The notes under the pieces: generated by a model
The model's input: only the letters and a program-made list of their open reading frames with translations
Told to the model about the DNA's origin: nothing
Databases searched by the model: none
Made by a program: the position numbers and the translations under genes
From: a virus
Taxonomy: Duplodnaviria > Caudoviricetes
Virus record (IMG/VR): IMGVR_UViG_3300032030_000005
Location: 241,866 to 305,865 of that record
Length of the DNA stretch: 64,000 nucleotides
Direction: 5' to 3' (one strand)
Shown here: in pieces, positions 49,901 through 58,650 of the stretch
Layout: the number at the start of each line of letters is the position of its first letter
Position numbering within the stretch: position 1 is the first letter of the stretch

Positions 49901-50027
49901 AGTAATTCACCATAAGATGTAAAAGTTACATCTTACTTTTCCTTTCTTTAAATTTAAGTAATAAAAATCAACTAAACAAATTATAAATTATATAAATAAA
50001 TTTAATAATAAAATTATGTTAGCAATA

Positions 50028-51392
50028 TTAGTTAAAAGGTTTAGTAACTATCTTAGCAGCAGTCTTACCAAAATGTTCACCAGCACCTCTTAATAAAGAA
50101 GTTCTAAAAGCTTGCTTCATATCATGAGCATCTTGTTCTTTTTCTTCTTGTTCTCTTTCTTTTTTCTTAAGATATTTAATTTTCTCTTCTTTAGTCATTT
50201 TATCTAACTTTTCTGCTTCTTCTTTAGCTTTCGCTTCAGCTTTTTCTTTCTTAGTCTTTTCTCTCTTTTCGTGTTCATTTTTAACACCATTAACTGCAGA
50301 CTGAGCGTATCCAGAAATAGACTTCTTAATACCTTCAAAATCAATTTCATTTAAAGGTGTTAATCCTTTAGATTCCATCATAACACAATATCTGCGATAT
50401 GATTCTCTCATAAAGTCTTCATTATCTAAAGATTCTAAATAATTAAATACATCTTGTTTTGAAATATTAACAAGTTCCTCACAGAAAAGATATTTGTTAT
50501 TCTTAGCTGCATCTAATTTATTTTTAGTATATTTACTATTAATAGAAGCATCATTACTAGATTGTCTCATTTGTTTCTTAGCTACTTCATTTTGTTTATA
50601 ATGCTTAAATCTTTCTGCTAAACCTGCACCATCATGAGTTTTTCTACTATGAATATCGGCTGCAACTGCACCAACTGCAGCAAGTTTAATTAAACCTTTT
50701 TTTAAAGAATGCTTACCAGCTTTCCATTCTTTATATTTTTTAGGTTCTGTATGAGCAGCTTTACACTGTTCTACGTATTGCTTATAAGCTTCTCTGTCAG
50801 CTGATTCATTAGTATAGAATGTATAATTTTGTAATTCTTCCAAGGTAAAATTATTAAAAAGTTCTTCTTCAAAGTGTCTTCTAAAGAAACCTGTAACACC
50901 ACCTGTATTTGTAGCTATACGTCTTTTTTTAGCTTCTCTTTGTGCATCAGCTTTAACTTCATTATAATTTTGATCTCTTGTAATATCATCTATACGTTTA
51001 TTACGTTTATATTGTTTAACTGCTTGTTTTTTTGCATCTCTCTTAGCTAATTGAACGTTTTTCTTAAAAGCAGATTTATTTGCTTCTTGTTGTATATATT
51101 TTTGACTACTATTTGGATCAGTCTTAATCTTATGGTTTTTATACATATGTCCAGCTAAAGCACCTGTTGCTAATACACCAACTGCACCTTTTATAAACTT
51201 TTTACGTTTTTCTTCCTTTTTCCAACCTTTTTCAGATTTGACAGCTTTACCTTTCATAATCTGTTCGTTTTTATAATCAGTGTATAAAGGATTTTCTTTC
51301 TTTTTATGTATACCATGTTTTAAAAGACCATCATCATCGTCATCATTCTTAGAACCTTCAAGAAGATAGTCTTCATTATAAAAATCATACAT
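50028..51392 (-). CDS. basic internal head protein with repeated x-x-E motifs
   Basis: FYNE, LLEG, YTNES, MRES, PLNE motifs separating Lys-rich modules with GAVG-type hydrophobic patches. Confidence 0.55.
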   Translation of the reverse strand: MYDFYNEDYLLEGSKNDDDDDGLLKHGIHKKKENPLYTDYKNEQIMKGKAVKSEKGWKKEEKRKKFIKGAVGVLATGALAGHMYKNHKIKTDPNSSQKYIQQEANKSAFKKNVQLAKRDAKKQAVKQYKRNKRIDDITRDQNYNEVKADAQREAKKRRIATNTGGVTGFFRRHFEEELFNNFTLEELQNYTFYTNESADREAYKQYVEQCKAAHTEPKKYKEWKAGKHSLKKGLIKLAAVGAVAADIHSRKTHDGAGLAERFKHYKQNEVAKKQMRQSSNDASINSKYTKNKLDAAKNNKYLFCEELVNISKQDVFNYLESLDNEDFMRESYRRYCVMMESKGLTPLNEIDFEGIKKSISGYAQSAVNGVKNEHEKREKTKKEKAEAKAKEEAEKLDKMTKEEKIKYLKKKEREQEEKEQDAHDMKQAFRTSLLRGAGEHFGKTAAKIVTKPFN

Positions 51393-51437
51393 GTATTATC
51401 ACTTCCTTTTTACTATATGTTTAATAATATATAGTTT

Positions 51438-53357
51438 TTAGTTATTAAAAGTACCATCAGTTTTAGCTAATGTATTATCAATCTTTTCACGCACTCTACT
51501 ATAAGGTTCATCTAATTTAAGTTCTATATTTTTAATAAGACTTTTATCAGATGACATCGTCATTAACTTTTCCATTTCATCAATTTGATGTTTAATTTCT
51601 GCTTTTTGTTTACTTGTTAAATTACGTTCATTTTCAGCTAATTCTTTTTTATACAAAGCTAGTATTTTTCTACATCTTGTGATATGTGTTGGATGCTCAT
51701 CTACGAAATATTCACCCATATATAATAAAAATAATGAACGTATTTTTGATAATACAGCAACAACATCAAAACTACTAATTTTTCTCATATTTTCTAATGA
51801 AGTATATAATTCTTTACCATAACCATGTTTAGCTGCAAAAGCATCTGCATATTTTTCAGCTTGATAGCTCATAGAATGTAAACCTAAAGATGCAGCATCT
51901 TTAAATAAAACTCTTATTAATAAAATAAATACAGTAGCAATAAGTATTCTTAAAGGTGAAATTATCATATTTATAAGAGATGCTGTATTACTAATAACTT
52001 CTCTTAAAGAACCAATAACTTTGTTAAATGCAGTTAAATTTATATGAAGTTTATCACCAATTATATCATAACTACCAGGATTTTGTAGAAAAACTATAAC
52101 CTTAAGTATTTTTTCATGATATTTAGTAGGAATTAAATCTTGCATTTTAGAAAATCCAAATTGAAGTAATAAAATTTTAATTTCTGAAATATATTCTATA
52201 ATTGTTTCATTTGGATTTATTATAAACTTAAAAGTAGAGTCTAGTAAAGCATCTACAAATCTTCCAATATGAGTACTTAATAAATATTCTTTTGTTGTAT
52301 AGAAATTATGACCTACTTCATGAAGAAATACAGCCATTAATTCTTCTTTTGTTAATCTACCATCTAATAATGATGGATATAAATAAACATTTATACGTTT
52401 ATTTTTAGAATCTTTAAATTTAATCCCTTCATTAGTTTCTACTACATCATAATTATCTTTAATTGCTAAGTTAGACATATTCTGCCAACCTATTGTAAAA
52501 GCTTGTGAATATCCATAATTACTACCAATATAAATTTTTATACTTTCAAAATTAAATAACTTACAAAGCTCTTTTTCAGCGTTATGTATATTTTCTTTAT
52601 ATTTATAAGGATTTTCACCATTAGAAACAGCTTGTATCAATGTTCCCCATAAATCATCTTCTAATTTTCTAAGTATTTCATTTTTGCCATAAAAAGCTTC
52701 ATCTAAAATTTCAATTGATTCATTAGATGCTCTTAAATTGCCTATTGCAGACAGTGTTGCTATACCACTAACACCTGCAGATGCTATACCAGAAGCAATA
52801 TAACCTTTAACAGCTTTATTTAATTCTTTAATTCTATTATCTTTCCAAGTATTAAAAGGTTCTTTACTTCCAGAAAGTTTATATAATTTTTTAGCATCAC
52901 TTAAATTATGTAACTGTTTTAATTCTTTTTTATATTCTACTATTTTCTTAAAAGAATATACACTACCAGCAGCACTCATACCGGCCATTGCTCCCAATCC
53001 AGCTACATTTCCATATTTACTTTTAGTAAAATTTGCATCTGGTCCTAAAGCTGTAATAGCTCTTAATGGTTTATCAGAATCAGAAAATATATTAGCAGCT
53101 CCTAATCCCATACCACCAGCAACACCGGCATTACTATATCTTATAGTCTTTAACTGTGCGTTAAGATACATTTTACGATCATTAAGCCATGTATTATATG
53201 GTTTTCTACTACCAGAATCTCTATATAATATTCTAGCTTCTTTAGGATTTGATAATGTTTTTAATTCTTTCTTGATATCAGACATTTCTTTAATGTTTCT
53301 AACACCTAATGAAGCGGCTGTACCAGTCATTATCATCCCATATGTTTTCTTATCCAT
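51438..53357 (-). CDS. virion-associated zinc metalloprotease (M48-like)
   Basis: LHEVGH, E.YAD.FA, DEHP; N-terminal duplicated module with Gly-rich helices. Confidence 0.7.
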   Translation of the reverse strand: MDKKTYGMIMTGTAASLGVRNIKEMSDIKKELKTLSNPKEARILYRDSGSRKPYNTWLNDRKMYLNAQLKTIRYSNAGVAGGMGLGAANIFSDSDKPLRAITALGPDANFTKSKYGNVAGLGAMAGMSAAGSVYSFKKIVEYKKELKQLHNLSDAKKLYKLSGSKEPFNTWKDNRIKELNKAVKGYIASGIASAGVSGIATLSAIGNLRASNESIEILDEAFYGKNEILRKLEDDLWGTLIQAVSNGENPYKYKENIHNAEKELCKLFNFESIKIYIGSNYGYSQAFTIGWQNMSNLAIKDNYDVVETNEGIKFKDSKNKRINVYLYPSLLDGRLTKEELMAVFLHEVGHNFYTTKEYLLSTHIGRFVDALLDSTFKFIINPNETIIEYISEIKILLLQFGFSKMQDLIPTKYHEKILKVIVFLQNPGSYDIIGDKLHINLTAFNKVIGSLREVISNTASLINMIISPLRILIATVFILLIRVLFKDAASLGLHSMSYQAEKYADAFAAKHGYGKELYTSLENMRKISSFDVVAVLSKIRSLFLLYMGEYFVDEHPTHITRCRKILALYKKELAENERNLTSKQKAEIKHQIDEMEKLMTMSSDKSLIKNIELKLDEPYSRVREKIDNTLAKTDGTFNN

Positions 53358-53435
53358 AAGAACAATGCTCCTTTCTCATTAAAATATAATAATAAGTTGA
53401 AAGCATTTTCTATTATTATATGAAAGAAGATAATA

Positions 53436-53472
53436 AAAAGAAGGTAATCCAATTACGGATTACCTTCTTTTT
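53436..53472 (-). terminator. terminator of the recA-like gene
   Basis: AAAAGAAGGTAATCC/GGATTACCTTCTTTT. Confidence 0.8.
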
Positions 53473-53512
53473 TAGTAAATTATTTAATATTTTATATGTA
53501 CCGAATTATTTT

Positions 53513-56089
53513 TTATTCTTCAGCATATTCGACTTCTTCACCATCAGATGTGTAATAATTACCATCTGAACCAAGCCATACATCATTTTCTTCATCGATA
53601 CATTCTACAAGGTTAATTCCTTCTTCCTCTTCAACTTCCTCTACAATAGAAGCATTAGTAACATCACTACCAAGATCCTTATCAAGATAGTTTTCTGAAT
53701 TAGGAATAAACTTTACATAGTTTTCTTTAACAAGTCTTGCAACTTCCTTCTGAAGATTCTTATTCTCAAGGAACTTCTCTTTAAAAGTCTTTAGTGTGAA
53801 TTTAACATCAGGACAACCTTCGAGATAATAAGCTCTTGGAGATCCCTTAAGAAGTCCTAATTCCTTAAAGTTAGCAAGGTTAGATAAAATATTATCAAAA
53901 CCATTTGCCTGTGAGAATATCATTTCAAATGATCTACCAGCTTCATTAGATCTAGATTTAACAAATTCACCCTTAACAACAAAGCCTTTAATTCCATATG
54001 TATCCTTTTCTTCAAGCTTTGTTGATGTTGTGCATCTAATGATATTATTTGCTAAGTACAATATCGAACTGCCTCCAGGAATACTTTCCATATAAGTCAT
54101 ATGAAATCGCTACTTTCATACCGTTCTCTTATGAACTGCTCTAATTTTATATATAGTTAGAGATAAGACTATATCTTCAGACGTATATGGCTAATACGTA
54201 CTGCTCCCCATTTCGATTTAATCAGGAATTACTAGATTATTACTCTATACCTGAACCACTTGGCTCTACTCTACTCCCTTCTTCAATCCTTCTTAGGATT
54301 TATGGTTTCGATAGTCGTTGAACTTTATTATTTCTTCACTTAATTCTTGTTCTATTGTTCTAAGATTATCTAATATAATTAAATTATAACCAAGTTTTTT
54401 TGCTAATAATTTCTTATTATTATCAATTTTTATTCGTTGTTCTAAATCTTTATCTGTCATACACCATTTTTTCTTTCTATGTTGCTCTCCTTGAAATTCA
54501 ATTAATAGATTAAAATCTTCAATATAAAAATCATATGGTTTATTAGATAGATATTTATTAGATTTAATTGAATAATTATAAATATAAGAATAATTATTTT
54601 TTATTAAAAATTTTTCAATTATAGTTTCACCTATTGATTTATTAGAACAATATTTACATTTTACATGCCTATTAATAAATGAATCATATGATAATTCTAA
54701 AATATGATTACATGGTAAGTGTTTTATTTGTAATAGTTGTTTACAATTATCATAATCTTGTTTATTAGAAGTTAAAATATATTCATTATCAAATTCATTT
54801 ATAATTGTATCTAAATTTTCTTTAATATATTCTTTTTTGCCATTTGTAGTATTACAGCTACATTTAGGACAAGAAATGTTACTTTTATTAGATAAAATAT
54901 GTTGAAATTCTCTATTAAAGATAAAATTACATTTTCTACATTGTAAAGAAACTTTATCTTTATTTGAATTTGGTATTTTAATTATAACAAAATCATCATT
55001 TAACATTTTAGTTAATTTATCTATAGCTTTGTCTTTTTTACTTTTAACGTGATTACATATAGGACATCTATTTCCATTTGAAATAAAATTATTAGGCTTA
55101 ATTTTCCAAATATAACCACATTTATTATGTTTACATGATATTTCTGTTGAATTATTAACATAATTTTCTAAAAATGTATAATCATTTCCAACTAAATTAT
55201 AAATTTCATTAATAAATTCTTCATTTGTTTTCTTTTTAGGCATTTAATCACTTCCTTTCTAGAGAAGTGAAGAAATAATCTTAGCTGCTGATTGTCTTTA
55301 AATAAAGAGTTCCCAGCAATTAAAGGAGTTTATACAGGACTCAAAATTCCGTTAATCCTGTTTAAGATAGTTAATGGCTGCCTGTGTCTTAGCAAAAGCA
55401 TTAATTTCAATCTTCTGTGTGATATGGTTAATAGCTATTAAAGTAATATTACCTCTTTCAAGAGAACCAGCAATTCTTTTAATAACAGCGTTATTAACCT
55501 TTGCGATAGAAGTTGCTGACATTGAACCACTAAGCTTTTCTTCTTCAGAGATATCTTCAGGCATCATCAATGCCCAGCTATCTAATAGAATAACTGTTGG
55601 TGGAAGCATATAAATTGGATTACCCTTACTATCTTTTTTACCAGTATCTATTTTAAATTCATCATAATTTTCAGGTGTATTCTTAAGTTTATCAATAGCC
55701 TTTACAATCTTGTAAATAGATTCTGAATAGATATTTCTCTGAAGTATCTTATACTTTTTTTCTATAACTTCATCTGACCATCCTGAGAGAGTCTTAATTC
55801 TAGCATAGTTAGTTGCTCTTTCAAAGTCATAATGGAATACAGAACCGTTTTCATAAGGAGCTACCATAGCACAAGCCATCTGAATAGCCATTGTAGATTT
55901 ACCTGAACCTGACTTACCGATAACAGTGATAATTTTACCACCATCAAATCCAGTAGTTACTTCTCCTTTTTCAATTCTACCATTACGATAATCCATAACA
56001 TCAATACCGCTTGAGAATGTAGGTGTATATTCTACTGACTCACCAAGGTTTTCTTTTTCAATTGTATTGTTGATTAAATCAAATAACAT
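53513..56089 (-). CDS. recA: RecA/UvsX-like recombinase, two exons (56089-55355 and 54088-53513; 436 aa spliced)
   Basis: Walker A GKSGSGKS, DFE, Walker B ILLDS, INH; spliced junction KQD|ESIPGG matches the RecA ETTPGG loop; VKSR. Confidence 0.85.
54089..55354 (-). mobile_element. group I intron (IA-like) in recA
   Basis: P1 CAGGAU/GUCCUG with U-G splice pair; P AAUUGCUGGGAA, Q AAUCAGCAG, R GUUCAACGACUA, S AAGAUAUAGUCU; terminal G at 54089; splicing restores the frame. Confidence 0.92.
54293..55243 (-). CDS. intron-encoded homing endonuclease (Zn-ribbon repeats plus Vsr/DUF559-like nuclease)
   Basis: Three H/C..C...CxxC repeats; PYDFYI...LIEFQGEQH; 3' end runs through the intron R element. 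Confidence 0.8.
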   Translation of the reverse strand: MPKKKTNEEFINEIYNLVGNDYTFLENYVNNSTEISCKHNKCGYIWKIKPNNFISNGNRCPICNHVKSKKDKAIDKLTKMLNDDFVIIKIPNSNKDKVSLQCRKCNFIFNREFQHILSNKSNISCPKCSCNTTNGKKEYIKENLDTIINEFDNEYILTSNKQDYDNCKQLLQIKHLPCNHILELSYDSFINRHVKCKYCSNKSIGETIIEKFLIKNNYSYIYNYSIKSNKYLSNKPYDFYIEDFNLLIEFQGEQHRKKKWCMTDKDLEQRIKIDNNKKLLAKKLGYNLIILDNLRTIEQELSEEIIKFNDYRNHKS

Positions 56090-56234
56090 AATAGTACCTC
56101 CGTAAAATTGTCTTAAATTTTTTTAAATTATGAAAAATCAATTTTCATATTTCTATGTTGAACCTAGAATTTTTCTTTTAATTTGAAAATCGTATTAAAT
56201 TGAGTTTCTGAATATATATTATAATTGTGAAGAA

Positions 56235-56279
56235 GAAACATAAGTGACATAGACAGGTCACTATAATAAAAGGTCTCAT
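56235..56279 (+). ncRNA. 5'-leader H-type pseudoknot motif, copy 2
   Basis: S1 AGTGAC(56243-48)/GTCACT(56257-62); S2 AGAC(56251-54)/GTCT(56273-76), compensatory relative to copy 1. Confidence 0.7.
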
Positions 56280-56298
56280 AATAATGGAGGTATTTATT

Positions 56299-56700
56299 AT
56301 GATGTTAGCTAGCAAATATTCAAGACTGTTTAAACAGGGTACAGTAGTTTCCCCTAACGAGGAAAACTACACTCTTAACAAAATGTTCCATCCTGAGCTT
56401 AAATTTATAAAGTTCAAGGATGGTTCATATCTTGGAACAAACAGTTCAGACTTTGAGTTATTAAAGAAAACTGTTTCTGCTGAAATTGCTCGTGAAAAAG
56501 CTTTCGAAAAAGCAAAAGAAGCCGCTGCAAAAGATTCGAAGGAATCGAGATATGAATATATCTCATTGGTTCTAAGTAAGTATTCGTCTGAAATTAATTT
56601 TGGAAAAATGAATACTCATGAAGTTGAAGTACTTGTGTACTCAATTTCAAATAGGGAAGACTTTGAAGTAGCCGTTTTGAATGCATTTGGACTGATCTAA
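56299..56700 (+). CDS. early hypothetical protein
   Basis: Own early promoter 56215-56222, GGAGG RBS and terminator 56704-56745; contains AREKAFE. Confidence 0.75.
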   Translation: MMLASKYSRLFKQGTVVSPNEENYTLNKMFHPELKFIKFKDGSYLGTNSSDFELLKKTVSAEIAREKAFEKAKEAAAKDSKESRYEYISLVLSKYSSEINFGKMNTHEVEVLVYSISNREDFEVAVLNAFGLI

Positions 56701-56815
56701 AAAAAAATCAGGTAATTCACATTAGTGGGTTGCCTGATTTTTTTCGTAATTTTTTTTTATTTATATATTATATATTTGGTTATAAACCAAATTATATTTT
56801 AAAGGAGGAAAATAA

Positions 56816-57088
56816 ATGACTAATTATAACCATATTATTAAAATATTAAACGAAGTGTTTGAAAAACAACTACGAGATATATTATATCATAATGTAGGCA
56901 CTTATCGAAATGAAAAAGATTCTAAAGAATTCTTTGGAATTGATAAACCAACGTTTTCGTCTAAATGGGGTTTCCCAAGTAATTATATTGCAAATAAATA
57001 CAAGACTTCTTTCTGTAAAGAAGCTAGTATGTTAGAAATGCAAATAATTGTTAAAGGAGAATGTGCTTTCTTGGTGGTGGAAAAATGA
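56816..57088 (+). CDS. hypothetical protein
   Basis: AAGGAGG RBS; early promoter 56764-56771. Confidence 0.65.
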   Translation: MTNYNHIIKILNEVFEKQLRDILYHNVGTYRNEKDSKEFFGIDKPTFSSKWGFPSNYIANKYKTSFCKEASMLEMQIIVKGECAFLVVEK

Positions 57089-57207
57089 GAATTGTAGGTT
57101 TAATAATTCTTGTTATAATATTATTTACACTTATAGGTTTATTAGTTTATAGTGTAATAAATGATATTAAACAGGAAAATGAATTAATAAAATTCTATAA
57201 AGAATAA
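57085..57207 (+). CDS. 40 aa single-TM peptide (not in ORF track)
   Basis: ATGA overlap; MRIVGLIILVIILFTLIGLLVYSVINDIKQENELIKFYKE. Confidence 0.6.
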   Translation: MRIVGLIILVIILFTLIGLLVYSVINDIKQENELIKFYKE

Positions 57208-57223
57208 ATAAGGAGAATAGATA

Positions 57224-57865
57224 ATGAAGAATAAAAAGTTAAAAGAATTATCTACTATATTACTTAAAGAGAAAAATTCACAGATATCTTACTTACGATT
57301 TAATTTAATATTAAATCAGATAAAAATAAAAGCTTCGATAAAATGGAAAAATAAATATATGAGTGAGTTAAATGATATACGAGAATGTATAGAGAGCTCG
57401 TCATTATATAGATTAATTATAAATTCTGCATATGGAATTTTATGTAATGAGAAAAAACAATCTAATACAAATTATTATAGATTTAATGAAACTATCGTAA
57501 TTGATTCATCAGTATTCGAAGGTACAAATATATATTTGGTACATGATGATAAAATCTTTGCTCAGTTATCTTCCTCACTTACTGGAGTATTTAATGTTGA
57601 AGAACATTCTTTAGAATCAGAATATCCAGATTTAAGGTTCAAACCAACCATATATCTCATAGATATCAAAGATTTTAGAAATTTAATAACTGAAGAAAAT
57701 TATGATGATTATATCACTGATATAAGAATCTTCAGTGAAGAAAAAGAATTGGAAATTGTAAAAGTTAAAAAATATGTTAATAATCATGATATAACTTTAA
57801 GAATAGATGTATCTGATTATATTAAAGCATATTTTGATACATTAATGACGTTAGGAGGTGAATAA
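57224..57865 (+). CDS. hypothetical protein containing a PolB motif-B-like peptide
   Basis: LYRLIINSAYGIL; AAGGAG RBS. Confidence 0.6.
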   Translation: MKNKKLKELSTILLKEKNSQISYLRFNLILNQIKIKASIKWKNKYMSELNDIRECIESSSLYRLIINSAYGILCNEKKQSNTNYYRFNETIVIDSSVFEGTNIYLVHDDKIFAQLSSSLTGVFNVEEHSLESEYPDLRFKPTIYLIDIKDFRNLITEENYDDYITDIRIFSEEKELEIVKVKKYVNNHDITLRIDVSDYIKAYFDTLMTLGGE

Positions 57866-57867
57866 TA

Positions 57868-58032
57868 ATGGTTGACCCAAGAGGATTTAATGAAGTCGAA
57901 TATTTAATATATTCATGTAATGATCACAAAGATATATGTGAAATAATTAGAAAAATTAATGAATTAAGAAATAAAGCATATATCAAAGAAACTGAAATAC
58001 ATAAAAATAAAGAAAAAGAGGTTATTGAATGA
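57868..58032 (+). CDS. 54 aa hypothetical protein (not in ORF track)
   Basis: AGGAGGTG RBS; stop overlaps the next start (ATGA). Confidence 0.6.
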   Translation: MVDPRGFNEVEYLIYSCNDHKDICEIIRKINELRNKAYIKETEIHKNKEKEVIE

Positions 58033-58583
58033 AAATAACGATAACTTTAAGAATTGATACTAATATAAATAAATTAAAAAATATAATTAGTTCTATAGAA
58101 GAAAATAACCCAGTAGGTATAACTAAATTAAATATAATAGTAGAAAATGTTACACTTACTAGATTATATAGAAATATGCGTGATCTGGAAAATTTATTTT
58201 CGGCAATATTTAATAATAAAATTCATCATATTAAATTTACTATAGTAAATAAATATAATAAAAATGAAAAATATACAGAAATTATTAAACATGTAATGTT
58301 TGTAGCTGATTCTATTCAAGATAAATTATATCTTGATGGATTAAGAATAATTAATCCAGTAGCATTTTATAAATTATATATAAACGATACATTAGTTATT
58401 ACTGCTAATGAAAATACTCCAATGAGTAACAGTGTATATTATCAGTTTTTCTATAGTGATATTCCATTATTTAATATGGAGAATGCTTCAATAATATTTG
58501 ATAAATCTAAGAAATCAATATATTTTAATAATGTCAATAATACAGAAGCTGCAAATTTTATATTAAGTCATACGTTAAAATAA
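58029..58583 (+). CDS. hypothetical protein
   Basis: 184 aa ORF; GAGG RBS. Confidence 0.6.
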   Translation: MKITITLRIDTNINKLKNIISSIEENNPVGITKLNIIVENVTLTRLYRNMRDLENLFSAIFNNKIHHIKFTIVNKYNKNEKYTEIIKHVMFVADSIQDKLYLDGLRIINPVAFYKLYINDTLVITANENTPMSNSVYYQFFYSDIPLFNMENASIIFDKSKKSIYFNNVNNTEAANFILSHTLK

Positions 58584-58650
58584 TTAAAAGCCTCTAAGAA
58601 CTATATCTTAGAGGCTTTATTTTTTAATTAGTTAATTAGGAGGAATAAAC

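Noticed and set aside
53513-54100. Independent 195 aa gene starting MTYM
   Set aside because: It is recA exon 2; the first four codons are intron sequence
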